DNA of 64,000 nucleotides from Limisphaerales bacterium (GCA_965204945.1 OZ242022.1:2138369-2202368); one strand, 5' to 3'; shown: positions 8,831-19,281, counted from the stretch's first letter. A program made the numbers and translations. Notes: generated by a model not told the origin, from the letters alone.

Positions 8831-9755
8831 AGCGCGGCCCACCACTATGACCCTTCTTTAAGGGGCCGACAGTAACCGGCCATCGCCATCTGGCTCGGGG
8901 ATTATACCAGTTTCTGCGTCTTTTATCCAAGTCTTCCTGAATTTCTGCGTCAGTGAGTGGCTTGACATAGCCACCGTAATAATCGGTGTAGGTTTCAAGG
9001 TATCTTGTTTCAGGCCTTCGTCGATCCCATGTGTACAAGGGCTCCCATGAGCCGTTTCGTAGCACGAGGACTGCGTAGGTTACTTCGATGCCTCTTCGGA
9101 GAGCGGCGTTGTGGTTCACGTAGTAGTCGAGGACGTCGTCTGCATCAAGGGTGGAGGGTGTGTTTCTGGAGTCGGTGCTGCTGGTGTCGTACGCTTTGAG
9201 TTGATTGGCCTCGGCTTGGGCGTCGACGCTGTGAACTAATGTTTTGTTGCTCCCGTCGTCGTCGAACTCATATCTTCGCACGCGCAACTTCCGCTTGCTG
9301 TACAGCCATGTATCAGTATCGGCGATGGCGGTTTCCTTGAGTATGGCTGTGTTAAACGCCGCATTGAGGCCTTGGGTGATGGCGTAGCCGGTAAAGAGTT
9401 TAACGAAAAAGTCTGTGCCATAGGCGGCGGCAATGACGGCTGGCCAAGCGGCATTGGCTTTGTATTGATAGACGAAGTTTCCGGCGGCAGTGATTGCCAG
9501 AGCGGTGACGAGCGCGGTTTTCTTGCGCCAGTTCCATTGATTGAGCCGTCGGCGAATGGGTTGGATGATTGCGCTTGCCAGCGAGACGGCTTTGGAAACA
9601 AGCCGTCCGATAGGCCTCAGGATGGCGCCCGGCGCAAAGCGCAGGTGCCACGGCGTCTTTGTCGATGAATTGTTCATCGGTTTCTCTCCTGTGGAGGCAT
9701 TCTCCACCGCGGCAACGGCGCGGTCAAGATTAATTTCGTTCTTTAATTTGTGCAT
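8781..9755 (-). CDS. hypothetical membrane protein, first gene of cassette 1
   Basis: TM segments LVTALAITAAGNFV and WPAVIAAAYG. An alternative start at ATG 9677 is preceded by AGGAGA and may be the real one. Confidence 0.6.
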   Translation of the reverse strand: MHKLKNEINLDRAVAAVENASTGEKPMNNSSTKTPWHLRFAPGAILRPIGRLVSKAVSLASAIIQPIRRRLNQWNWRKKTALVTALAITAAGNFVYQYKANAAWPAVIAAAYGTDFFVKLFTGYAITQGLNAAFNTAILKETAIADTDTWLYSKRKLRVRRYEFDDDGSNKTLVHSVDAQAEANQLKAYDTSSTDSRNTPSTLDADDVLDYYVNHNAALRRGIEVTYAVLVLRNGSWEPLYTWDRRRPETRYLETYTDYYGGYVKPLTDAEIQEDLDKRRRNWYNPRARWRWPVTVGPLKKGHSGGPRYEYLHLRKGSETLVGL

Positions 9756-9802
9756 AAAACGGTCTTTCTTTGCTGATTCGTATCTTTAAGTGTCTTTATT
9801 TT

Positions 9803-9958
9803 CGTAATTCAGGCCGATTACCCATCTTCAGCAAAGCAAAAGCGCGAAGTTTTCCGCCTGTTCGCCAGAGCAAAACAGGGAAAAGCGTACGATTCTCCCG
9901 CCAAAATTTCATATCTAAACTGTGATATTCAGCGAGAGACCCGACAAGCAAATCACCT
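9803..9958 (-). promoter_or_regulatory. conserved structured non-coding leader, copy 1
   Basis: The reverse complement aligns with 34223-34378. Identical blocks include GAATATCACAGTTT, TTTCCCTGTT and AATCGGCCTG, and three hairpins are preserved. Confidence 0.7.
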
Positions 9959-10213
9959 CACCGAAGATGGGCAAAACCGAAAAAATCAACACCTTCGTCA
10001 ACACTTTTCTTAACTTTTTTTCTTTCGAGATTGGAGGGAAATTCTGTTTTTTGGCGGGCAAGATGGGCTGGTTGGCGGTTTCAAAAATCTATCGGCAAGC
10101 CTTCTGAGACGGCTTAGTAACGGCTTAGTTTCCTATTTGTGTTGGTTTTGTGAAGGTGTAACGGTTTTGTGGAGTCCTTGATTTTTAGGCGAGGATTGCC
10201 TTAAATCCTTTGC

Positions 10214-11065
10214 GTGTCGGCGCATGTCATTGCGGTTGCCAATCAGAAGGGCGGGGTGGGGAAAACCACTACGAGCGTTAATTTGTCGGCTTGTTTGGCG
10301 GCTGTTGAGTGGCGGACGCTTTTGGTGGACGTTGATTCTCAAGCCAACGCGACCAGCGGGCTGGGCGTGGAGAAAAAGGCGGGCGGGAGCATTTATCGTC
10401 CTTTGCTAGGCGAGGGCGCGTTGGAAGAGAAGGTTGTCTCGACGAGTTTTGAGCGTTTGGATTTGATTCCGTCGGAGGTGGATCTTTGCGGCGCGGAGGT
10501 GGAGCTCGCCCAAATGCAGGATCATCTTCTTCGTTTGCGGCGCAGTCTTCACGGCATTGTTCATTCCGGCCGATACGACGTCGTCCTTCTGGATTGTCCG
10601 CCTTCTCTGGCGATTTTGACGCTCAATGCTTTTGCGGCGGCGGATTGGCTGGTGGTGCCATTGCAGTGCGAGTATTACGCTTTGGAAGGCATTGCCATGC
10701 TGATGAAGGTGGTGGAGCAATTGAAGGAGGCGGGCGCCAACAAGAAGCTCGAACTGCTGGGGATTTTGATGACGATGTTTGACATACGAACTCGTCTGTC
10801 GCATCAAGTGGTTGGCGAAGTGCGGAATTTTTTCCCGGAGAGGGTGTTTGACACCATTATTCCGCGGACGACTCGGCTGGCGGAAGCGCCCAGTCACGGC
10901 AAGCCGATTATCCACTATGATCCTTACAGCGCCGGCGCGGCGGCTTACGAAGTGCTGGCCCGGGAAGTAGTTTCTCGCTTGACGGAGGCCTTTTCGCCGA
11001 AGAAACCATTGAAGTCGGCGGAGTCTTCAGAAACCGAACGAGATGAAGCGGCTTCTTCCTTGTAG
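10214..11065 (+). CDS. parA: ParA/Soj-family partition ATPase
   Basis: Deviant Walker A VANQKGGVGKTTT, then DCPPSL and IPRTTRLAEAPSHGKPI. GTG start. No parB follows. Confidence 0.9.
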   Translation: MSAHVIAVANQKGGVGKTTTSVNLSACLAAVEWRTLLVDVDSQANATSGLGVEKKAGGSIYRPLLGEGALEEKVVSTSFERLDLIPSEVDLCGAEVELAQMQDHLLRLRRSLHGIVHSGRYDVVLLDCPPSLAILTLNAFAAADWLVVPLQCEYYALEGIAMLMKVVEQLKEAGANKKLELLGILMTMFDIRTRLSHQVVGEVRNFFPERVFDTIIPRTTRLAEAPSHGKPIIHYDPYSAGAAAYEVLAREVVSRLTEAFSPKKPLKSAESSETERDEAASSL

Positions 11066-12227
11066 CGCGCTGTTTGGGATCCGAAGGGGAATTGCGCGGG
11101 GTGGTTCTTGTTTCCATGTTTGCAAGGTTCTCTGGATCGTTTGCGTGGCCATTTGCGTGCCTCTGGGGGAAAGCGGGCGGGCGGTGATTTTTCTGGGAAC
11201 GGGGAATCCGGATCACAACACGAGCACTCCGGAAGGCGAGTTGGCGGGGAGCGGCTGGCAGTTTCAAGGGGATTGGGGAGAGTTTTTGGGAACGGTAATC
11301 GGGGAGCGGCACTTCATCACGGCCTCGCACGTTGGGGGGAGGCTTGGAGATCGCTTTCATTATCGCGGAGCGGCCTACACTGCGAAAGCCTGCTATCGAA
11401 TTGGCTCTGTTGACCTTCGAATCTGGGAAATTTGCGGACGGTTTCCAAAGCCGTATGCGACTCTTTATTCCTCTAGCGACGAAGTGGGAAAGGAGTTGGT
11501 GGTCTTTGGGCGGGGCACGGTTCGAGGGGATGCGGTGCGGCTGGAAACTTCCAACGGCGACGAGTTGCGCGGTTGGATGCCCGGAAGATCGGATAATCGG
11601 CGCCGTTGGGGGAAAAATCAAGTGACTGACATATTGGACTTGTCCCAACTGGATGAAGGCGTTCTGCCGGGCGAGCGGCAATATCTCGTTGCGGACTTTG
11701 ACCGCGAAGGCGGATTCAACGAAGCGCATTTGACCGCGGGCGATTCGGGCGGCGCCGTTTTCATTCGAGAGGCCGGGCAATGGGCGCTTGCCGGCATCAA
11801 TCACAGCGTGGACGGCGCTTTCAACACCGTTCCCGAAGGCGCTGGCTTTTCGGCCGCTTTGTTTGACGCCGGTGGTTTTTATCACAACACGGGCAAAGGG
11901 GAGTGGGTTTATCTTTCCGACCAAGAAGAAGATAAGCCCAGCGCTTTTTACGCCGTTCGAATTTCTCGTTATTTGGCTGAAATCCAAGCAGTTCTGGACG
12001 GAAATGCCGAGCCGGAACGCCGGGAACCTTGGCTGATTTCTTCGCCGACGATTGACGGACGCTATCAAATGGAAGCCAACCAGTATCTGGACGAATCCCT
12101 GCAAACCATCGCTGTCCCTTTGAATGGCGAAATGCGTTTTTATCGATTGCGAGGTTGCGCGGAATACGGCTTTCGCGGCCTGTCCATTCGCAAGCAAACG
12201 GCGGTTTTGCGCTATCGGATAAAGTAA
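11043..12227 (+). CDS. secreted trypsin-like (S1) serine protease
   Basis: Signal-like N-terminus; catalytic His context ITASHVG and catalytic Ser context GDSGGAVF. Confidence 0.75.
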   Translation: MKRLLPCSALFGIRRGIARGGSCFHVCKVLWIVCVAICVPLGESGRAVIFLGTGNPDHNTSTPEGELAGSGWQFQGDWGEFLGTVIGERHFITASHVGGRLGDRFHYRGAAYTAKACYRIGSVDLRIWEICGRFPKPYATLYSSSDEVGKELVVFGRGTVRGDAVRLETSNGDELRGWMPGRSDNRRRWGKNQVTDILDLSQLDEGVLPGERQYLVADFDREGGFNEAHLTAGDSGGAVFIREAGQWALAGINHSVDGAFNTVPEGAGFSAALFDAGGFYHNTGKGEWVYLSDQEEDKPSAFYAVRISRYLAEIQAVLDGNAEPERREPWLISSPTIDGRYQMEANQYLDESLQTIAVPLNGEMRFYRLRGCAEYGFRGLSIRKQTAVLRYRIK

Positions 12228-12290
12228 AGGGAACGCGGGGAAGTTTTTTTTTTCGTTCGCCTTGCCGGAATGGATGGATAGGAAAGCGAT

Positions 12291-13109
12291 TCATTGGCCG
12301 CCTTCGTTGGGTTTGAGCCAAGGGGTGTCGCCCCAATACCATTGCCGGGCTTGGAGCGATTCGATGTGGCCGTCGGCAAAGGCCACGTTGCTTCTGCCAT
12401 TGTGCCGCAAGAGCGGGCCTCCCCAGTTTGGGTCGTCAGGATTGACGGCGAGACGAGGAGAAGGTTTGTCGCTGGCGGGATCGTGCACAATCCAGCATTC
12501 GGGTTTTTCTTCGGAATCCACGGTGACGCATTTTTCGGGGTTTTTGGTTTTGAGCGCTCGGCTGCCGCTATCGGTTAAATGAACCGTGCCAGAAGGGTTG
12601 CGAACTTGGGAATCTCGCAGTTGGGGATAAGTTTCTTTCGGCCAAGCGCTTGGCCAGTCGCAGCCGCCGAGCCGAAAGTTGAGGCCGTAGTTGGAGATGA
12701 ATTCAAAGCCTTCGGCGTTGGAATAAACCTCTAAGGTTCCTTGGCGGAGTTTTTCTTTGAATCTGGGAGTGCGCGTTGGGCAAAGGATTAAGTTGGTGGT
12801 TTGTTGGTAGGGATGCAAAAAGGCGTACCAAGGTTTTTTCCAAGTGTTGGGGCCTCGCACGGCAAATGTGAAAACATAGCGGTCGTCGTTGTCGCCGGAG
12901 TAAAGCCGGGCGGCGAGGGATTGTTGGCGAAGGCTGTTGACGCAGCTAATTTGATGGGCTTTGGCTTTGGCCTTGCTGAGCGCGGGGAGAAGCATTCCGG
13001 CTAGAATGGCGATGATGGCGATCACGACCAGCAACTCGATCAAGGTGAAGGCGCGGCGGTTGACGCAATGGCTCAAGGCTTTGTCGGCGGCGTTTGCGGA
13101 GGATGTCAT
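12291..13109 (-). CDS. DUF1559 / H-X9-DG prepilin-type N-terminal cleavage-methylation protein
   Basis: [24 protein letters not shown] at the N-terminus and [13 protein letters not shown] (H-X9-DG) near the C-terminus. Start taken at ATG 13109. Confidence 0.85.
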   Translation of the reverse strand: MTSSANAADKALSHCVNRRAFTLIELLVVIAIIAILAGMLLPALSKAKAKAHQISCVNSLRQQSLAARLYSGDNDDRYVFTFAVRGPNTWKKPWYAFLHPYQQTTNLILCPTRTPRFKEKLRQGTLEVYSNAEGFEFISNYGLNFRLGGCDWPSAWPKETYPQLRDSQVRNPSGTVHLTDSGSRALKTKNPEKCVTVDSEEKPECWIVHDPASDKPSPRLAVNPDDPNWGGPLLRHNGRSNVAFADGHIESLQARQWYWGDTPWLKPNEGGQ

Positions 13110-13123
13110 GGAAAAGCTTTTGT

Positions 13124-16100
13124 TTATCGCGGTGAATGGCGCAGTTGGTAAAATCGGGCCGATTGGTCTGCGGACAAAACGGCTTGATTGCCGTCCGCGC
13201 CGGTGACCGGCGTCCAAGTTTCCGCCGGCAGTGCGTCAGTTTGAAACAGGGAAAGTCCGCTGTCTTCGGGCCAGGAAATGGTAATGTTGCCGTCTTCGGC
13301 GAGTTGGATTGTTAAAGAAACCGGCTTAATCGCAATTGGCGGCAAGCCGCCGAGGTCGAGCTCGATTCCAGTCAAATCTTCCGCAAGAGAGAAGGGATTG
13401 CCGACGTAGATGGCCGATGGTTCGTCGGGATCAGGCAGGAAGTTCCCGTTGACGTCAACAAAGGCGGCCAAGCGGTAGTTGTCGCCTTTGGGAAGGCGAG
13501 GCATGGAAAAGGCGCCGGCTTCGGCGAAGACGTCGGTAAAAACGGGGTTGCCCAATCCAGGAATGTTTGCTGGAACAATGGCCGCATCGCCCCAAAGTTC
13601 GCCGTGGTAGCCGTGTGGGGCAGAATCATCGGCAGTGCCGTCGTCAAACTTCCACAGGCCGATCAAACCTTCTTCCTTGCCGGTCAAAGGAACGTTCCAA
13701 CCGTTCGCAATTTCTGATTCGCTCAACGCTCTTTCCCAAATGGCGATTTCGTCCAGTTCGCCTTCGGCAAATTCGTCTTGACCGTTGAAAGAGCCAAAGT
13801 AAAGGGCGGTGTTTTGAAATGGAATTTCTTCGGCCGAGCTGTCTCGCTGCTCCACCAGTTTGCCGTCGAGATAACTCCGAAATCCGTTGGTCGTGTCGAT
13901 TTTCCAAGTCATCGCGAGGTGATGCCAGCGTCCGTCATCGAGGTTTTCGCCGGCGGAGATGCCGTCTGTTGTGTCGCCGTCGTGGGAAAGGATGTGTTGG
14001 TTGTTCCAGCCGGTCACGATGTAATTGCCTCCGCTTTGCTGGCGGACGGCGGATTGAATGGAACGGCCGCGAAACCAGTATTGGATGGTGATTTCTGCGC
14101 CGGAAAGGTCGTTCAAGTCGGTCACTTCCACAAAGTCGCCAGCGCCGTCGAGCTTCAAGGCTTGGTTGCCGGGCAAAAATTCGACGGCGGTGACGTGGAT
14201 TTTGCCGGCGGGTAAGCCCGTGTATTGGAGATGGCCGGCAATGGAAACGTGGTCCGCAGGAACGACGAAAATCTTTGCGTCGCGGCTGAGGACGCTTCCT
14301 TTTTCATTGGAAATGAGAACCGAGTATCCGCTGTCTCCTTGCGCGGCGGCGTTGAGGATTTGAAGCGTGGAAGAGTTCACTCCTTGAAAGTCGTTGTCGG
14401 CGGAAGAAAGATTTTCGCCGTCTTTGCGCCATTGATAGGAAAGCGGCGCGGTGCCGGCGGCTTGAACCGTGAATTCGGCAAGGCTGGGATTCGAGTCCGA
14501 CGCAACTCGCGCATCCGCGGGTTGATCCAAAATGCGCGGCGGTTCGGTCAAAAGAATGTCGACGTCGAAGGCGTTCTGCGTAAAGGCGAATGGATTGTTG
14601 GCGTATTCGCCGGCCGGCTCGCCTTCGTCGGGAGCGCCATTGCCGTTGACGTCGAGAAAGGCGGTCACCGCAAAGTTGTTGCCGGGCAGGATGTTGTCCA
14701 GCGTGTAATCGCCGGGCGATTGCAAAACGGCGGAGAAGACGTCGCTGCCGAGTCCGGGAACGATTTCTTCCAAAATGGCGGCGTTGCCGTGTAGTTCGGC
14801 GTGGTTTCCGAAGTCGCTCAAATCTTCCCCAAGGCCCTCGTCAAAATTCCAAAAGCCGATCAGTCCTTCTTCGCCGCCGGTCAAAGGAACGTTCCAACCG
14901 CTCGCAATCTCGCCTTCCGAAAGCGCTCTTTCCCAAATGGCGATTTCATCCAGTTTGCCGTTGGCGAATTCCCTTTGGCCGTCGAATGCCCCAAAGTAGA
15001 CCTGCGCGTTGAGATTGGGAATTTCCGCATCGGCGCTGTTTCTCCGCTCGATGAGTCGGCCGTCCAAATAACTCCGAAACCCGCCCCGCGCGTTTGGCTT
15101 CCAAGTCATGGCGAGGTGATGCCAATTGCCGTCGATGGCGGAGTCTCCCGCAGAAATGCCCGCAATGCCGCCGTCAAAGGAAAGGATGTGTTGGTTGTTC
15201 CAGCCGGCCACAATCCAATCGCCGCTGCTTTGCTGGCGAACCGCCGATTGAATGGAACGGCCGCGAAACCAGTATTGAACGGTGAGTTCGATTCCCGACA
15301 AGTCTGTAAGCGTTGTGATGGCGAAGTCCCCGTTGCCGTCCAGAAAAAGCACGCGGTTGCCTTCTTGAATTTGCGAGGCGGCGAGGCGAACGGGGCCGAT
15401 TTGATCGCCTTCGTATTGAATGACGCCGGAGATTTGCAAGCCGCCTTCGATCACTCGCACGTTGGCCGCATTGCTAAATGACTCGCCAGCGGCGTTGGCG
15501 ACGCGGCAGTTGTAAGATCCGGTTGTGTCGACCACTGCGTTGCGGATCACCAGTTCGGGCGAATCAGTGCCGGAGATGTTTCCGCCGTCCGCAAGGTCTT
15601 CTCCGTAGCGCCGCCATTGATACGAAAGCGGTTGCGAGCCGCTGGCGGCAACGCCAAGGCGCACTTCTGCGCCGGCGCCAATTCGAATGTCGGCCGGATG
15701 CGCCGTGATTTGAGGAGGATCTAAAAGCAAGATGTCAATCCCGGTCGCATCCCCCGAAACGGCAAAGGGATTGCCGGAATTGTAGACCGCGGAAGGTTCT
15801 AATTCGCCGCGCCGCTCATCTCCGTCGGCATCCAAAAAAGCCCAAACCCGATAGCCATCGCCATTGGGGACTCCGTCAATGGAATAAGCGCCCGGCTCGC
15901 TCAACTCCGTCATAAAAAATGCGTCCAAGCCGGGAATGTCGGCATCCACAATGTCGGCGTCTCCCATCAGTTCGCCGTGGTAGCCGTTGGACGAAAGATC
16001 GTCCGCCGTTCCGTCGTCAAAATTCCAATAACCAACCAGTCCTTGTTCGCTTCCCGTCCGCTTTCGAAACCAGTCATTGCGGACTTCTTCGGGAGTCAAA

Positions 16101-16687
16101 GCCCGCTTCCACACCGCGATTTCATCCAGTTCGCCGTCGGCAAATTCTCCGTTGCCGTTGAATGTCCCAAAATAAAGCGGCGCGTTGATATTGGGAATAG
16201 GCGCATCCACGCTGTCCCTTTGCTCCACAAGCCTCCCGTTCAGATAGCTTCGAAAGCCTCCCGCCGCGTTCTGTTTCCAAGTCATTGTCACTTGATGCCA
16301 GTTGCCGTCAATCACTTCGTCGCCGGCGGCAATGCCCGCCGTGCCTCCGTCGTGGGAAAGGATGTGTCGGTTGTTCCAGCCGGCCACAATCCAGCCGCTA
16401 CTTTGCTGGCGAACCGCCGATTGAATGGAACGGCCGCGAAACCAATACTGAACCGAAATTTCAGATCCGGAAAGGTCTGTGAGCGAATCCACGAAGACAT
16501 AATCCCCGTTGCCGTCCAGTTTTAGCGATTTATTTCCCGGAAGGGTTCGCGAAGCCAAAATTTGAATCGAGCCTGTTTGCTTGTCGTTGTAACGAACAAC
16601 GCCGGAAACGCTTCCGGAAAAGAGCGGCACCGGAAAAAGAAAACCCGACAAAAAGACAATGCAAGCGGACAAAGCAAGTTTTTTCAT
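13124..16687 (-). CDS. giant secreted protein with three LamG (concanavalin-like lectin) plus Ig-like modules
   Basis: Signal peptide. [29 protein letters not shown](V/I)W occurs three times. Ig-like PLSYQWR..SG.Y.C segments lie between the repeats. Confidence 0.8.
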   Translation of the reverse strand: MKKLALSACIVFLSGFLFPVPLFSGSVSGVVRYNDKQTGSIQILASRTLPGNKSLKLDGNGDYVFVDSLTDLSGSEISVQYWFRGRSIQSAVRQQSSGWIVAGWNNRHILSHDGGTAGIAAGDEVIDGNWHQVTMTWKQNAAGGFRSYLNGRLVEQRDSVDAPIPNINAPLYFGTFNGNGEFADGELDEIAVWKRALTPEEVRNDWFRKRTGSEQGLVGYWNFDDGTADDLSSNGYHGELMGDADIVDADIPGLDAFFMTELSEPGAYSIDGVPNGDGYRVWAFLDADGDERRGELEPSAVYNSGNPFAVSGDATGIDILLLDPPQITAHPADIRIGAGAEVRLGVAASGSQPLSYQWRRYGEDLADGGNISGTDSPELVIRNAVVDTTGSYNCRVANAAGESFSNAANVRVIEGGLQISGVIQYEGDQIGPVRLAASQIQEGNRVLFLDGNGDFAITTLTDLSGIELTVQYWFRGRSIQSAVRQQSSGDWIVAGWNNQHILSFDGGIAGISAGDSAIDGNWHHLAMTWKPNARGGFRSYLDGRLIERRNSADAEIPNLNAQVYFGAFDGQREFANGKLDEIAIWERALSEGEIASGWNVPLTGGEEGLIGFWNFDEGLGEDLSDFGNHAELHGNAAILEEIVPGLGSDVFSAVLQSPGDYTLDNILPGNNFAVTAFLDVNGNGAPDEGEPAGEYANNPFAFTQNAFDVDILLTEPPRILDQPADARVASDSNPSLAEFTVQAAGTAPLSYQWRKDGENLSSADNDFQGVNSSTLQILNAAAQGDSGYSVLISNEKGSVLSRDAKIFVVPADHVSIAGHLQYTGLPAGKIHVTAVEFLPGNQALKLDGAGDFVEVTDLNDLSGAEITIQYWFRGRSIQSAVRQQSGGNYIVTGWNNQHILSHDGDTTDGISAGENLDDGRWHHLAMTWKIDTTNGFRSYLDGKLVEQRDSSAEEIPFQNTALYFGSFNGQDEFAEGELDEIAIWERALSESEIANGWNVPLTGKEEGLIGLWKFDDGTADDSAPHGYHGELWGDAAIVPANIPGLGNPVFTDVFAEAGAFSMPRLPKGDNYRLAAFVDVNGNFLPDPDEPSAIYVGNPFSLAEDLTGIELDLGGLPPIAIKPVSLTIQLAEDGNITISWPEDSGLSLFQTDALPAETWTPVTGADGNQAVLSADQSARFYQLRHSPR
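13400..16600 (-). repeat. three in-gene tandem repeats of about 1.17-1.19 kb
   Basis: CCGCGAAACC anchors at 14067, 15261 and 16434 give periods of 1194 and 1173 nt. The flanking ~50 nt are near-identical. Confidence 0.85.
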
Positions 16688-16792
16688 AATGAGTCAAAGA
16701 AAATCAATTCCCTCAATTCTGGCAAATCCGAACGGAAAAGTCAGCAATTTTCCAAACAAAAAAAGCAACGAAACACCACAAAAAACAATTGC

Positions 16793-16849
16793 AATTGAGA
16801 CGCAATCTCAATTAGGATGCTCTCGAACAAACGAGACCGAGTCTCAATA
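16793..16849 (+). promoter_or_regulatory. candidate operator upstream of the TonB-dependent receptor
   Basis: Perfect inverted repeat AATTGAGA-N5-TCTCAATT (16793-16813). A second GAGACnnnnTCTCAAT copy lies at 16833-16848. Confidence 0.4.
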
Positions 16850-16864
16850 TCGTTTTTTACATCT

Positions 16865-19240
16865 ATGAATCAGTCAATCAATCCGTCCCATCGCAAGTTG
16901 AATTCAACCACGGCTTCCGCCCGCGCAAAGCTTGGCCGCTTGGCCGCAATCCTCACCATCGGCGTGGCCGTTCAAGCTCCCATTCTCCAAGCCCAAGAAG
17001 AATCCAGCCCGCCAACCGCCGCCCCCGAAACAACCACCGAATCCAAACTTGTGCCGCTCCCGGAAACAGTGTTAATCGGATCCGAAGAAGCCGAACGAAC
17101 CTTGCCCGCCTCCGGCGCCTACCTTGGCAAAGAAATTCTTCGCCGCTATCTCAACGCCGACGTCAACCGCGTCCTCCGCCAAGTGCCCGGCGTCTATCTC
17201 CGCGGAGAAGACGGCATGGGGCTTTTCCCCAACATCAGCCTCCGAGGCGTTACTACCGAACGCAGCAAAGCCGTCACCATCATGGAAGACGGCATCCTCA
17301 GCGCCCCGGCCCCATACTCCGCTCCTTCCGCTTACTACAGCCCCAACGTCGCCCGAATGAACGGACTCGAAGTGCTCAAAGGAACCCGTCAAATCCAATA
17401 CGGCCCCCATATCACCGGCGGCGCTATCAACTACATCTCCACGCCCATCCCAACCGGCAATCTCTCCTATCTAAAACTCTCCTATGGATCCCACAACGAA
17501 ATGCTCGGCCACTTTTGGCACGGCAACTCCCAAGACATCAGCGGCGGCGGCAAAGCCGGCTACCTAGTCGAAGGCTTCTACCACCGAACCGATGGCTTCA
17601 AAACCATCGATACGGCCCCCGACTTTGCTGACGGCGAGGATACCGGCTTTACCCGCGTCGAGCCAATGATCAAACTATTCTGGGAACCGCCAACGGAAAC
17701 CTATCACCGCTTTGAAGTCAAATACGGCTACTCCGACCTGGACGCCGACGAAACCTATCTTGGCCTCTCCGAAGCCGACTTCGCCGCCAATCCCTTCCAA
17801 CGCTACGCCGCCTCCCGCTTGGACAACATTCAAACTGAAAACCACCGCGCCACATTTCGCCATATTATGGAACCAACAGCCAATCTCCGAATCGCCACCA
17901 CCGGCTACCTCCAACACTTCAAACGCAACTGGGCCAAACTCCATTCACTGCGCGGACTGGAGAATAATAGTCTTTCCTCCGCGCTCTTAGACACTTCTAT
18001 GGGCGGCGGTTTGGCAATTTTGCGCGGTGAAGCGGCTGGCAAATGGAGGCTTCGCAACAACTCGCGCGAATACAAAATTTACGGAATTCAAACCGCCGCC
18101 ACGGTGGATATTGACGCCGGCGATGTAACGCATCAATGGGAAACCGGCATCCGCTACCACTTTGACGAAGTGGATCGCTTCCAATGGAACGTCGACTACG
18201 ATCAAAACGAAGACGGCGCCATTATCGATGACGATCCCGGCGCTTTGGGCGCAGCCGGAGACCGAATCCAACAATCCCGCGCCTTAGCTATTTACACGCA
18301 AAACGAAATAAAGTGGCAACGCCTCACCATCACCCCCGGAATCCGCTATGAAACCGTAGACCAAGAATACGAACAAAATCGCCGACGAGAAGACAGAACA
18401 CCGCAAGAACGGCTTGCAGGCGCAACAGGTGATGGAAGAATTGACGCGCTTGCCGCCGGCCTTTCCATTGCCTACGAACTGAATCCAAACTGGAACGCCT
18501 TCTTCGGAGTGCATCGCGGTTTTTCCCTGCCCAGTCCGCGATCTTCCATTCGAAATAATCTAGAAGAGGAAACTTCACTTAGCTTCGAACTGGGAAGCCG
18601 CTACGCCAATCCGGACTCCGGACTTATGGCCGAGGCCGTCCTGTTTCATACCAGCTTCAACGACTTGATTGTCGGCGGCAACATTGGCGGCGGTGGAAGT
18701 CCAGTCACCGAAAACGTAGGAGACATTAACTCTATGGGTATGGAACTGACGCTGGGCTACGATCCCGGCCAAGCGCAAGACTGGGCGGTGCGAACCCCGG
18801 TTCGAGTTTCTCTTACCTTGACTGATGCCGAACTTGACGGAGATGCGCGGAACGAGGAATCAGAGTCCATATTTGAGGGCGGGTTTGACGGCGCGAAGGT
18901 GCCTTACATTCCTGACTACCAATTCAATACAGAAGTCGGCTTGGAATATGATAAGTTCGCCGCCTACCTCATGATGACTTACGTTCCTTCCACTTATACC
19001 AGCGCCAGCAATACTAAAGAAAACATACAAGCGGACGGAACTTGGGACGCTCGAGTAGGCGAGACGGACAGCTACTTTGTTGCCGATCTCTCGCTGCGCT
19101 ACCAGATCAAAGAACAAACAACCCTCTTCGGCGGCGTTCGAAACCTGTTTGACCGGGAGTATATTGCCTCCCGTCATCCCCACGGCCCGCGTCCCGGACT
19201 GCCTCGCTTTTTCAACGCCGGCATCGAAGTGCATTTTTAA
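16865..19240 (+). CDS. TonB-dependent outer-membrane receptor (siderophore-type)
   Basis: Plug motifs LRQVPGVYL and ISLRGV, a beta-barrel repeat pattern, and a C-terminal ...GIEVHF ending in Phe. ATG at 16865. Confidence 0.9.
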   Translation: MNQSINPSHRKLNSTTASARAKLGRLAAILTIGVAVQAPILQAQEESSPPTAAPETTTESKLVPLPETVLIGSEEAERTLPASGAYLGKEILRRYLNADVNRVLRQVPGVYLRGEDGMGLFPNISLRGVTTERSKAVTIMEDGILSAPAPYSAPSAYYSPNVARMNGLEVLKGTRQIQYGPHITGGAINYISTPIPTGNLSYLKLSYGSHNEMLGHFWHGNSQDISGGGKAGYLVEGFYHRTDGFKTIDTAPDFADGEDTGFTRVEPMIKLFWEPPTETYHRFEVKYGYSDLDADETYLGLSEADFAANPFQRYAASRLDNIQTENHRATFRHIMEPTANLRIATTGYLQHFKRNWAKLHSLRGLENNSLSSALLDTSMGGGLAILRGEAAGKWRLRNNSREYKIYGIQTAATVDIDAGDVTHQWETGIRYHFDEVDRFQWNVDYDQNEDGAIIDDDPGALGAAGDRIQQSRALAIYTQNEIKWQRLTITPGIRYETVDQEYEQNRRREDRTPQERLAGATGDGRIDALAAGLSIAYELNPNWNAFFGVHRGFSLPSPRSSIRNNLEEETSLSFELGSRYANPDSGLMAEAVLFHTSFNDLIVGGNIGGGGSPVTENVGDINSMGMELTLGYDPGQAQDWAVRTPVRVSLTLTDAELDGDARNEESESIFEGGFDGAKVPYIPDYQFNTEVGLEYDKFAAYLMMTYVPSTYTSASNTKENIQADGTWDARVGETDSYFVADLSLRYQIKEQTTLFGGVRNLFDREYIASRHPHGPRPGLPRFFNAGIEVHF

Positions 19241-19281
19241 ACATTTTCCGGGCGGCATCGAGAAGATCGCAAAGAGTGTTT

